Shown here: piece after piece, positions 27,617-39,317 of the stretch
How the letters are laid out: the number at the start of each line of letters is the position of its first letter
Position numbering within the stretch: position 1 is the stretch's first letter
Assembly (NCBI GenBank): GCA_964016885.1
Contig: OZ024743.1
Span: 214,706,001 to 214,770,000, forward strand
Direction: 5' to 3'
DNA from: Eledone cirrhosa
Taxonomy: Eukaryota
DNA: 64,000 nt
Notes under the pieces: model-generated
Seen by the model: the letters and a program-made list of their open reading frames with translations, nothing else
Database searches by the model: none
Told to the model about the DNA's origin: nothing
Made by a program: the position numbers and the translations under genes

Positions 27617-27679
<63 letters not shown>

Positions 27680-27681
<2 letters not shown>

Positions 27682-27871
27682 CGAAGGCAATGTGGTAGGG
27701 AACCAGATGGACCATAAAGTACCAAAGTACTCAATACTTATAGTAGTAGTGTGGGTAATAGAAAGAAGTATGACCCCGACGGCAGGGCTCAAGCCGATAC
27801 GACGGCTAATTATGGTCCAGAATTAGCCGTCGAAACGGCTTGAGCTCTGCCGTCGAGGTCATATTTGTTCC

Positions 27872-27872
<1 letters not shown>
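27680..27872. mobile_element. Mini hairpin element (AACGAAGG...GTTCCT family), copy 2
   Basis: Same termini as 16295-16490; shorter centre and more diverged arms. Confidence 0.85.
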
Positions 27873-27926
<54 letters not shown>

Positions 27927-28520
27927 ATATACTCGTATATATATATATATATATATATATATGTAGGAGGTGAGTTTTATTGTAGTACAATAAAGCAATG
28001 CAGATATCGGATAAGAAGCACTCTACAGTTTGTAGGGCTGGAATATACATAATATATAAGAACAAAAGATCTTTAAAAGAGTTCCATGTATTTTATTATG
28101 CGCATTTCAAAAACAAATATCATCATGCAATAATATTTGTGTTTTCATCAGATAAAATAGGAAGACATGATATGAAGGTTAAAAAACACTTGTGGATAGT
28201 GCAGTTTTAAATCAACATATGAAAAGTAGTTTTAGATTGATGTGTGCTATTGGGAACATTTTTTGGGAGGGGTTGGGGGGGGGTGTAAAGGATGAACAAG
28301 AGGAGGAGATGAGAGTAAAAAGTGGAGAGGGAGGAGTATAATGAGGAAGGATGAGATAGGAGGAGAGATGGGTGATAGAGAGAGAGAGATATCTTTTATA
28401 ACTGAGAAAAATATATTGTTTTATATAGAGAGGTTGAAAAACCGTTGGAAGATAATGTATAAATTAAAAGAATTTGAAAATTAACGAAGAGAAAAATAAT
28501 GTAAAGTTAAGGTTTGTATA

Positions 28521-28810
28521 TTGAAGGGTTAAATAATATGTGCGATGAAAAGAAATTGTTAATATGTATTAAGAATAATATTTAAGGGTGTAATAATATG
28601 TGCGATGGAAAGAAAATGTTAATATGTATTAAGAATAATATTTAAGGGTTTAATAATATGTGCGATGGAAAGAAAATGTTAATATGTATTAAGAATAATA
28701 TTTAAGGGTTTAATAATAGGTGCGATGGGAAGAAATAGTTAAGATGTATTAAGAATAATATTTAAGGGTTTAATAATATGTGCGATGGAAAGAAAATGTT
28801 GATATGTATT
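28521..28810. repeat. 60-bp minisatellite, about 4.8 copies, in the family D 3' UTR
   Basis: Unit TTTAAGGGTTTAATAATATGTGCGATGGAAAGAAAATGTTAATATGTATTAAGAATAATA. Confidence 0.92.
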
Positions 28811-29244
28811 ATTAAAAAGAACAACAAGTATTGTAAGTAAGGATATATTGTGAGATGAGCATGAGTAAGTTAGATGAAAGGGAGAAAAAAATAATGAATT
28901 GAGGATGAATAATCTAACGTCAAAAAATGTTTATGTTTACGAAGGATTTTTACAAGGTGATATGAAGTAAGAATGTATTGTATTGTGTAATAAATGTTTC
29001 TATGTTAGGCAACAGTGAGAAAAGGTACAGATTAGGGGTTAGACATTAAAAGAAAAAGAGAAGAAAGGGAAAATGAAGAAAGGGAAGTGATAAATAGGAG
29101 TGTTATAGAATGGGTAACAAGTATTATATAATGTATAATAAATAACTTTGAAGTAAGGTAGAAAGATGGGTATATTTTTAAAGAAGTATATATATATATA
29201 TGTGCCTTTGAGAAAAAGATTCTAAATTGATAACATTGTGGATA

Positions 29245-31179
29245 TTAGCTGTATACTTTGTGGAATGTTTTGTGGAATGTATGCAAGCAGAGAGAAAAGA
29301 AGTCAGTGCCTCTATTTATTATAGAATCTAAATTAGATATAATGGTAAATTTTTCATTTAGACAGAGATTGCAAATCTTGGATAGAGAACTGTTCAAGTA
29401 TGTAGACGCAGAAGAAACCTTTTTCCAAAAGATGCTATATTTAATATGTTGGTCTTTCAAGGACCATATGAGTTCTGAGAGAGCCGTGTTGGTTCTTTTA
29501 AGTTTGTATTTAAAAGACGAATGGTGGTTATAAAGACGAGCTTTAAAGGAGGTGGAAGTGGAGCCAAAATAGGTGAAGGAATTGGTGTCAGTTATAACTT
29601 TACATTCGTAAATTAAGTTTTTATCAAGACAATGGTTGTTGAGAGGACATTTATTTTTAACAGGGCAATTGCAATTGCGATTAGAGAGATTATTAACGAA
29701 TGACCTAGTGTTATCTATAGAAGGAATTGGATTGGAGAAGTTATTTGCGATAGGAATAATAGTTTCTTGATTTAGAATGGGATTAAGAACATTTGGCGAA
29801 GTTGTGTTTGACGTTGTATTTGGGTTTGCAGAAATTAGCCTAGTGTTTACAATGACGTCGGGAGTACTATTACTATTATTATGATATTCAGTGTTCGAAG
29901 GAAGAGATTTAGTATTTAGTATTTTATTGTTGTGTTTAGAGATAATGTTGGAAATGTTGGAGGATGTCGAATAGGAAAATGTTATAGTGTGTTTGTTAAA
30001 TATTTTACTATAGATATGTGAGGGAGGGAAGCATTTATGTAAGGCACTAAAGAATAATTTAGGAATATTATTATTAATAGAGATGGATAAAAGAGCATTA
30101 TACCAGATTATGTTTTTATATCTAGGTCTTTTATTAAAGTTATTGGAATGATCATGATTAATTATTCTACTGTAAGATCTTCTAGAATGTGTTTCTTTAC
30201 TATATTTGATTTTATCAGGATAGCCGGCTTTAGAAAGCGCGTTATGATAGTAATTGGCGTTAGCATCAAAGATGTTTTTATTAGAAGATAGGTTAGATAT
30301 TCTTTTTCCAATATTACTAACTATAGCATTCTTGATATTAGTAGGATGGTTAGATTTAAAATTAACATAACTTAGGTTCTCATTGTTTTTATGGTAAGGG
30401 TAATATAGGCCAGTGTCAAGATTAAGAGATACATCCAAGAAATTAGCTAGTTTGATGCTGTTATCAAATTCAATTTTAAGGTTATGTTGGTTAAAGAGAT
30501 TACGTATATTGTTCTTAATAATATTAAGGTTAACTATGTTGCAATTTAAGATAGTAAAGAGTCCATCGTCACGATAAATTCCACTGCGTATTTGAGGAAT
30601 TTTCCGACTCAAAGAGTTCAAAATAAAGATGCCAATTAAATATGTCAATTGGGATGAATCGGATGCTCCCATTGTGATGTCGAAGTTGTTAGAGGTATCG
30701 GCTCTGGTCCAATATTCATTGATGAACTCTAGGATGGTTTTACGTGCGGTGAGAATGATGTGAAATTCATCTGTGGTGAAGTCAGATTATTTAAGTGCGA
30801 AAGATAGAGCATTATTGAGAAGTGAAGGTGAAATAGAAGAATAGTAGCTGGCAATATCAAATTGAACAAACTTTAGTTTGTTTTTATTATTCAATTTGTT
30901 GAACCAGCCAATCACTTCAGAAGTACCAAACCATAAATTTAAGTTCAAAGAAGAGCAATTAGAACTAACCTGTGGGATAATTCTATCCAAGATGGCTTTA
31001 CTAACAACTCTCAAATCTGATTTACAAGGGGCGATTAATCTAACATGTAGTTCAGTGCGAAAATTGTTTTTATGATCCTTGAGATTTATCCTCGGAGTTC
31101 TTGGGAGGAATGGTTCGGTCTTTTTTTCGATGCCAAGTTTTGACATAATCTCAGAGGCCACAAAGTTTATGTATTTCAA
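29245..31179 (-). pseudogene. Family D RT-GIY-YIG, truncated, one in-frame stop at 30787
   Basis: LKDHK, QFDIASYYSSI, FDITMGASDS, IYRDD, CNC..CPL..CL, LIYEC..YFGST, CNLC. Confidence 0.9.
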
Positions 31180-31670
31180 TATACAAACCTTAATATTACA
31201 TTATTTTTCTCTTCGTTAATTTTCAAATCCTTTTAATTTATACATTATCTTCCAACGGTTTTTCAACCGCTCTATGTAAAACAATATATTTTTCTCAGTT
31301 AGAAAAGCTATCTCTCTCTCTCTATCACCCATCTCTCCTCCTATCTCATCCTTCCTCATTATACTCCTCCCTCTCCACTTTTCACTCTCATCTCCTCCTC
31401 TTTTTCACCCACCCACCCCCCACACCACCTAAAAAAATATATTTTTCCCAATATCACACATCAATCTAAAACTAAAAAAGACCGAACTATTCCTCCCAAG
31501 AACTCCGGGGATAAATCTCAAGGATCACATATATATATATATGTGTTTGGCCCTTAACGTATGTTGTAGCTCTGATTCATATGATTCATCGATCGCTTGC
31601 CACACATACCGGACGTTGATTTTCGTTAATTCCTGAGCTGAAAACGATTCTCGCTAATATATATTTGTAT

Positions 31671-31870
<200 letters not shown>

Positions 31871-32168
31871 TGAGACAAGGGTACAGATGAAAAAACCAAA
31901 TGCACGAACTTCATCCGTTCCCATGTCGATTCATTTTGGATTGCCTCGGAAACAACCTTATTATGTAACAAGCTGTCTGATGGTGACACGATACTCGCAT
32001 ACAGAACAGTGTGGCCAGTGTCGTCATTGAAATATATATCACAGCATTAGTATTAAAGGACTTGAACATCTGAAACTACTTCGCTTTTCCTTACGCGATA
32101 TTTACTCCGTCACACCAATGTGGAAAAAGTACGTTGAGTGCTTGAATTGAATTGCATCAATGTTTACC

Positions 32169-32261
<93 letters not shown>

Positions 32262-32838
32262 CGGCGATGAATTAGTTTTGCGAGGTTTTTTATATGAAAT
32301 CGTGTGTCGAAACAGATATTGTTATATTTGGGGAGGGTCATATTTGCGTAATATTGCCAGAATTAATAACAGAACACACTCACTGTTTGGTTGGTTTTCG
32401 CTTCTCGCTGTCTTTTATATATATATATCTGCGATCTAACTTACTCGGTCCTCAATGTTGCCATTGACTGACCGGCGGTCAAAAATAATACAGATACAAT
32501 ATAGACAAACACATATATATATAGTTTACATAAATCTTTCGTTGCACATCTGCAACATCGTCAGTGGTGTTATATTCATTGTTCCTCCTGTTGTGTTGTA
32601 TGTCTACGCCATTTTTTTTGTTCAGTCTGTCTATATATTTATTTATTTATTTGCTTGTTTGTTTGTTTATCTTATTTTATTTTGTCTTCTTTGCGCATGC
32701 GTTTGCGTGTGTGTATAGTGTTATGTGTGATGTGTGACTAGTGTGTATAGTGTTGTCTGCTGGGTGACTAGTGTGTGTTTATGTGCTTGTGTATGTATTT
32801 ATTTATCTTATTTTATTTAATTTAATTTACTTATTTAT

Positions 32839-35800
32839 TTATACTTCTCTTAGGTCAGTGTTGTTTGTTTGGGTGTTGTTGTTGTTCCACTCATTCTTTC
32901 TGTTTAGCTTTGGTCTTCTAATTTCTATTTCACTGGCCTCTCTGATTTGCCTATCTGCTGGGTCATTCCTATGTTTAGATATTATTCTAATTTCTATGTT
33001 GTCTATGTTACCGTCATGATGTTGTCTAGCATGTTCGTATAGTACTGACCCGTTTTTTCGTCCTTTTAGTTCCCCCCAGTGTTGGTCTATCCTTTCACCT
33101 ATGCTACGAGCTGTCTCACCTATGTATGTTGTTGTCGTGTTTCTGCAAGTACCCTCTGTACATCTTATGCTATAGACTACGTTTCTAGTTTTACAGTTTA
33201 TCCGGGGGTTCACCTTACATATGATACATTTCCTATTGGTACAGTGGGTTTTCTTAAAAGGGTAGGTTTTGCTGATCAGGGATTTTATGGTGGTTCCTGG
33301 CTTTTCTACCACCTTTATTTTTAAGTGGGTCTTTCTCAGGGCCTTTCTACACTGGTTAGCTAATTTCCCTCCAGGGGTGGCGTCCACAAACATGACACTC
33401 TGATATCTCTGGTTGTCGTACCATGATGTGGCCTTCCCTATCTTATGTCTAGCCCTATCTAAGCTATTCCATGATTTGCTCCTGTATAGTGGTCAAATTC
33501 CTTTCATGTCCAGTTCTATGAGGGTCTTATACTTTTCCATGGCTCCTTCGTATACTCTGACTCTGTCTCTTTGGTTGTAGCCAGAGAACTGCATGCGGTT
33601 GATGAAGTGTTGGATGTGTCCTTCCATTTCTGTTGGGTCGCACATGCTGGACACATTCTTCATCACTCGTACCAAATCTGCGATCAGAATATTAAACTTA
33701 GCACTACTGGACATTGCTGAGTTTTTGAGTATCAGGTATTTGGAGGCCATGGGTTTAGCATAGTGTGAGTGGAGAATTTGGGCTCTCTCGTCTATAGTGT
33801 TAATCCAGAGTTCTGTGTCTAATACAGGTAGTCTATTGTTAGGGTGTTTGGAAGGGAAGTCTATAGTTACAGTTATACTCTGGTGTATGGAATTAGCTAT
33901 CTGCTGGATGCTTTCCATCGTGCTACGTTCTAAATCAAACTTGTTAGTGCTCTCTAGTGGGGGTGTTCTTATAACTATATTGATATCGTCTACATAACGA
34001 GAGTACATGATGAGGTCTATGGAGCTTTCATTAAGGAGATCTTTAAGTCTCCTTTCCCACCATACCATGAAAAGGTTGGCAACATCGCCAGCTATGCTGA
34101 CGCCGATGGCTGCTCCCTCATTTTGGGTGTAGATTTTCTCATTGAACTTAAATATGTGGCCCTTTAGGGTAGTTTTGATACTAGCCCCTATTGCATGTGC
34201 GACCATTTTTCTTACCTGATCAGTGTTTTGGGGGGTCCGTATAGCTTTGGTCCACCCAATCCACCTTCCTATGGGAGTCTTTTTAGCCATTGAGGTTATG
34301 GTGGGGGGTCTACCTCTTATAGGTCTACTAGGGCAGAAACATCTAAGGTCATGGCTGTCTAGGTAGTCAGTGTCGTAGGTAAGTCTAAGTAGGAGGCCCA
34401 GTTCGTCTGTGTCGACGTCGCAGAACTCCACCTCACTCTCAATGATCATCTCCACACATCTTTTCACAGCAAAATCAATGTTAATGGATGGGTACAGTGA
34501 CACCACATCCATGCTGCCTATTATGCAGTTGGATAGGCTCCTGTTTTTGTTGCACTCACTGATTCTGCTGAGGAGGTCCTCTGTACTTTCACATACATCT
34601 GGGGACATCTTGATTATGGGGCGTATAACCATTGAGAGGAAGTAGGAGATCCTGTAGTTGCTAGCTATATTAGCTCCGCATACAGGTCTTGTTGGTGGTC
34701 CTATTGTCGGGTCGTCGACTGTCTTGTGGTCTTTGCGGAGCCCATACAAGGGTGGTATGCCATTGTTAGACGCCTGGAAGTTGTTGGCAGTGCGTCTGCT
34801 TGGCTTTAGGATGTCAGTCCACATCATCATGTGAGCGTTGAGGATTTTTTCCTCTCCCATCGTGTGTTAGTTGTGCAACTTCGCTCGTGTTGGTGATGTG
34901 GGGTTGCATTGCCTCGATGTAGTTCGGCATGCTATCTATTGACATCCTACCAGACTTATCTGTGGGTAGACACACTACCTCACCATCCCTTGTGCGCTGC
35001 TTGAGGCTAACCAAGCCTTCTACAGGTTTTATCCCAAGTTGTTGGGCCTCTGGTCTGCTCTGTCTCATAGTGTACCTGTCTACTACTTGTCTAATCTTAT
35101 TTCTAGCTATGGTGAACTGTGCCTCCGTCTCGTCATCTATTTGTTGTGGTATGCAAACTCTTTTATTAAAGGGTAACCTCGTAGGATAGATATTACCCAT
35201 CTTATATGTTTTGTCAGCTGGGTTGAAAAATAGTTTCTCTAAGGGGTTGTCGTTATTTCTATCGTCATAGTTGTGTGTGTTGCTATTATTGTTATCATGG
35301 TGGTTGTTGTTGTTTCTATCCTTAGCATTAATATTATTATTGTTATGATTGCTAGGTGTATTGTTGTTTACTTCACCGTTATTGTTGTTGTTACTGCTAT
35401 TTCTACCATTGTGGTTGTTACTATTATTATGTTTCTTGTTTTTGTTGATGTTGCTACATGTACTATTTCCATTATTACCACTGTGGTTATTGTTGTTGTT
35501 GTTGTTCGTATTGTTACCGTTATTACTACTGTGGTCACTGTTGCTGTGTCTGTGGTTAACGTTTCTATTATTATTATTATTGTGGTTGTTGTTGTTCTGT
35601 CTATCGCTAGTATTATTACCATTATCACTATTTCTCACTTTCCTGCCATTGTTATGGTTATGGCTGTTATTTCTATACCCAGAGTTATTGTTTATATTAC
35701 TACTACCGTTATTATTGTTGTTGTTGTTTACCTTTGCATTCCAACGTATTTTTGTGAAACACTTTTCCAGCTCCGTTTTGCATTCCATAGGATTAATCTT

Positions 35801-36469
35801 TTTGTAGATGGCAAATTTTGGTGGTAACTTTAGGATTTGTTGTTCTTGTTCACTGATTAAAGTGTTCCCATAGATATTTACTGTGTGGTCATTGGTAAAT
35901 TCTTCCGGTAGTTTTACATCACTCATACGGATGTTGTCGATGTTATCTGGGTATTTTTGAGAATATTCGATTTTCCTTTCTTGTAGTTTTTTCTTATTCA
36001 TCCATTCTAATTTCTTCTTGAAATGCCTACAGCATTCGTTTTGAGCATATTTCGTTTCGCGTCGGATGACGCTCATGAAGTCATCTCTCTCGTTTGCTGT
36101 GATGAGATTTCGGATTTCCTTACCGTTGATGCGTTTTTGTCTGTAGAGTGCGTTGACTTTTGTGTATGTTGTTCTTTTCATATTAACTGTTATTGTGTGT
36201 TTTAGCCGTTCAGCTTGTGTTTTGTTCAATAATAAATTATTTACTTGTTTTGATATGTTTGTTGTGTATGTTTTGGAGGAAACACAGTGTTTTAAGAAGC
36301 GGATTTGTTCTGTTGTTATTGTAGTTTTTATATAACAGAAAACAGTGTCTTTCAATAACCTTTCAGCTTGGCACAAGCTAATGCCATAGCGGCGATGAAT
36401 TAGTTTTGCGAGGTTTTTTATATGAAATCGTGTGTCGAAACAGATATTGTTATATTTGGGGAGGGTCAT
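32839..36469 (-). pseudogene. Family B polyprotein (N-terminus, Asn-rich insert, RT, GIY-YIG); one +1 frameshift (about 34852) and one in-frame TGA (33493-33495)
   Basis: ORFs of 551, 455 and 184 aa; GSMDVVSLYPS, YSRYVDD, NVVY..YIGETARS..ER..QH. Confidence 0.9.
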
Positions 36470-37804
36470 ATTTGCGTAATATTGCCAGAATTAATAACAG
36501 AACACACTCACTGTTTGGTTGGTTTTCGCTTCTCGCTGTCTTTTATATATATATATCTGCGATCTAACTTACTCGGTCCTCAATGTTGCCATTGACTGAC
36601 CGGCGGTCAAAAATAATACAGATACAATATAGACAAACACATATATATATAGTTTACATAAATCTTTCGTTGCACATCTGCAACATCGTCAGTGGTGTTA
36701 TATTCATTGTTCCTCCTGTTGTGTTGTATGTCTACGCCATTTTTTTTGTTCAGTCTGTCTATATATTTATTTATTTATTTGCTTGTTTGTTTATCTTATT
36801 TTATTTTGTCTTCTTTGCGCATGCGTTTGCGTGTGTGTATAGTGTTATGTGTGATGTGTGACTAGTGTGTATAGTGTTGTCTGCTGGGTGACTAGTGTGT
36901 GTTTATGTGCTTGTGTATGTATTTATTTATCTTATTTTATTTAATTTAATTTACTTATTTATTTATACTTCTCTTAGGTCAGTGTTGTTTGTTTGGGTGT
37001 TGTTGTTGTTCCACTCATTCTTTCTGTTTAGCTTTGGTCTTCTAATTTCTATTTCACTGGCCTCTCTGATTTGCCTATCTGCTGGGTCATTCCTATGTTT
37101 AGATATTATTCTAATTTCTATGTTGTCTATGTTACCGTCATGATGTTGTCTAGCATGTTCGTATAGTACTGACCCGTTTTTTCGTCCTTTTAGTTCCCCC
37201 CAGTGTTGGTCTATCCTTTCACCTATGCTACGAGCTGTCTCACCTATGTATGTTGTTGTCGTGTTTCTGCAAGTACCCTCTGTACATCTTATGCTATAGA
37301 CTACGTTTCTAGTTTTACAGTTTATCCGGGGGTTCACCTTACATATGCTAGACAACATCATGACGGTAACATAGACAACATAGAAATTAGAATAATATCT
37401 AAACATAGGAATGACCCAGCAGATAGGCAAATCAGAGAGGCCAGTGAAATAGAAATTAGAAGACCAAAGCTAAACAGAAAGAATGAGTGGAACAACAACA
37501 ACACCCAAACAAACAACACTGTCCTAAGAGAAGTATAAATAAATAAGTAAATTAAATTAAATAAAATAAGATAAATAAATACATACACAAGCACATAAAC
37601 ACACACTAGTCACCCAGCAGACAACACTATACACACTAGTCACACATCACACATAACACTATACACACACGCAAACGCATGCGCAAAGAAGACAAAATAA
37701 AATAAGATAAACAAACAAGCAAATAAATAAATAAATATATAGACAGACTGAACAAAAAAAATGGCGTAGACATACAACACAACAGGAGGAACAATGAATA
37801 TAAC

Positions 37805-37845
37805 ACCACTGACGATGTTGCAGATGTGCAACGAAAGATTTATGT
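37805..37845 (+). ncRNA. Hammerhead-like motif of family B pLTR (also 32528-32568 and 36656-36696, minus)
   Basis: CTGACGA-T-GTTGCA-gatg-TGCAAC-GAAAG; stems I and III are weak. Confidence 0.55.
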
Positions 37846-38049
37846 AAACTATATATATATGTGTTTGTCTATATTGTATCTGTATTATTTTTGACCGCCG
37901 GTCAGTCAATGGCAACATTGAGGACCGAGTAAGTTAGATCGCAGATATATATATATAAAAGACAGCGAGAAGCGAAAACCAACCAAACAGTGAGTGTGTT
38001 CTGTTATTAATTCTGGCAATATTACGCAAATATGACCCTCCCCAAATAT

Positions 38050-38056
<7 letters not shown>

Positions 38057-38089
<33 letters not shown>

Positions 38090-38403
38090 TATATATAATA
38101 TATATATATATAATATATATAATATATATAATATATATATATATATAATATATATAATATATATGTATATATAATATATATATATGTATAATATATATAA
38201 TATATATATATATATAAAAAAAAAATATATATATATATAATATATATAATATATATATATATAATATATATATATAAATATATAATATATATAATATATA
38301 TAATATATATATATATATATAATATATATAATATATATATATATATATAATATATATAATATATATATATAATATATATATATATATAATTTATATATAT
38401 AAT

Positions 38404-38435
<32 letters not shown>

Positions 38436-38569
38436 ATATATAATATATATATATATATATATATAATATATATATATATATAATATATATATATATAATA
38501 TATATATATATAATATATATATATATTATATATATATATATAATATATATATATATAATATAAATATAT

Positions 38570-38608
<39 letters not shown>
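38057..38608. repeat. Degenerate (TA)n tract
   Basis: Direct observation. Confidence 0.95.
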
Positions 38609-39065
38609 CGATATTAGATAAATGGAAACTATATTTATAAAACCATATTTATTTCATTATATATATTTCAGGGATATCATATTAACAATATGTTATGCCT
38701 TCCTCAGACAAAATATAATATAGACAGTTTTATAGATAAATAGATTTGACATACCGTTCAACATCGACTTGTATTTGAGAAAGTTGATTTGGCAGAAATC
38801 AACTTTCTCAAATACAAGTCGATGTTGAACGGTATGTCAAATCTATTTATCTATAAAACTGTCTATATTATATTTTGTCTGAGGAAGGCATAACATATTG
38901 TTAATATGATAACCCTGAAATATATATAATGAAATAAATATGGTTTTATAAATATAGTTTCCATTTATCTAATATCATAAATATACTCCAAATACTTGTT
39001 GAGTGCTTTTATATCAGTTATAAATATTTACTAGTTGTAACCCAACAATTTAAATATAACTTTCC
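38609..39065. mobile_element. Family C pLTR-only fold-back (arms 38609-38790 / 38796-38976, plus a tail to 39065)
   Basis: Matches the family C 3' end; carries a hammerhead in each arm (plus copy at 38871-38936). Confidence 0.88.
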
Positions 39066-39092
39066 ATATATATATATATATATATATAATAT

Positions 39093-39124
<32 letters not shown>

Positions 39125-39153
39125 CATATATATATAATGTATATATATAATAT

Positions 39154-39196
<43 letters not shown>

Positions 39197-39317
39197 TATA
39201 TATATAATATATATATATAATATATATATATATAATATATATATATAATATATATATATATAATATATATATATATAATATATATATATATAATATATAT
39301 ATATAATATATATATAT

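Larger units (their letters stand above)
26641..27620. mobile_element. Retrozyme-like non-coding element, unit of about 430 bp, one minus and one plus circularly permuted copy, in (TA)n
   Basis: AAATGTTCGGTGAAT recurs at about 27084 and 27511; 26641-27082 is a permuted reverse complement; each copy has a hammerhead. Confidence 0.8.
27963..31528 (-). mobile_element. 5'-truncated PLE family D with inverted 3'-UTR piece (31178-31473) and templated filler
   Basis: RT+EN ORF; 31178-31473 is the reverse complement of about 28228-28522; TA flanks. Confidence 0.85.
32261..38056 (-). mobile_element. Full-length PLE family B: partial-tandem pLTRs (32261-33221 and 36389-37345) plus inverted arm 37346-38056, in (TA)n
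   Basis: Near-identical direct and inverted repeats around a single ORF; both outer ends are 3' ends. Confidence 0.93.

Noticed and set aside
28093-28135. Possible family D hammerhead (minus: ATGATGA..GAAATGCGCATA)
   Set aside because: Core C is missing and stem II does not pair; at best a decayed remnant.
28521-28810. Regular repeat resembling a CRISPR array
   Set aside because: Head-to-tail 60-mers with no unique spacers, in a eukaryotic context.
35273-35827. Hydrophobic Leu/Val-rich ORFs resembling membrane proteins (also 2324-2815)
   Set aside because: Antisense of the AAC-rich PLE insert.
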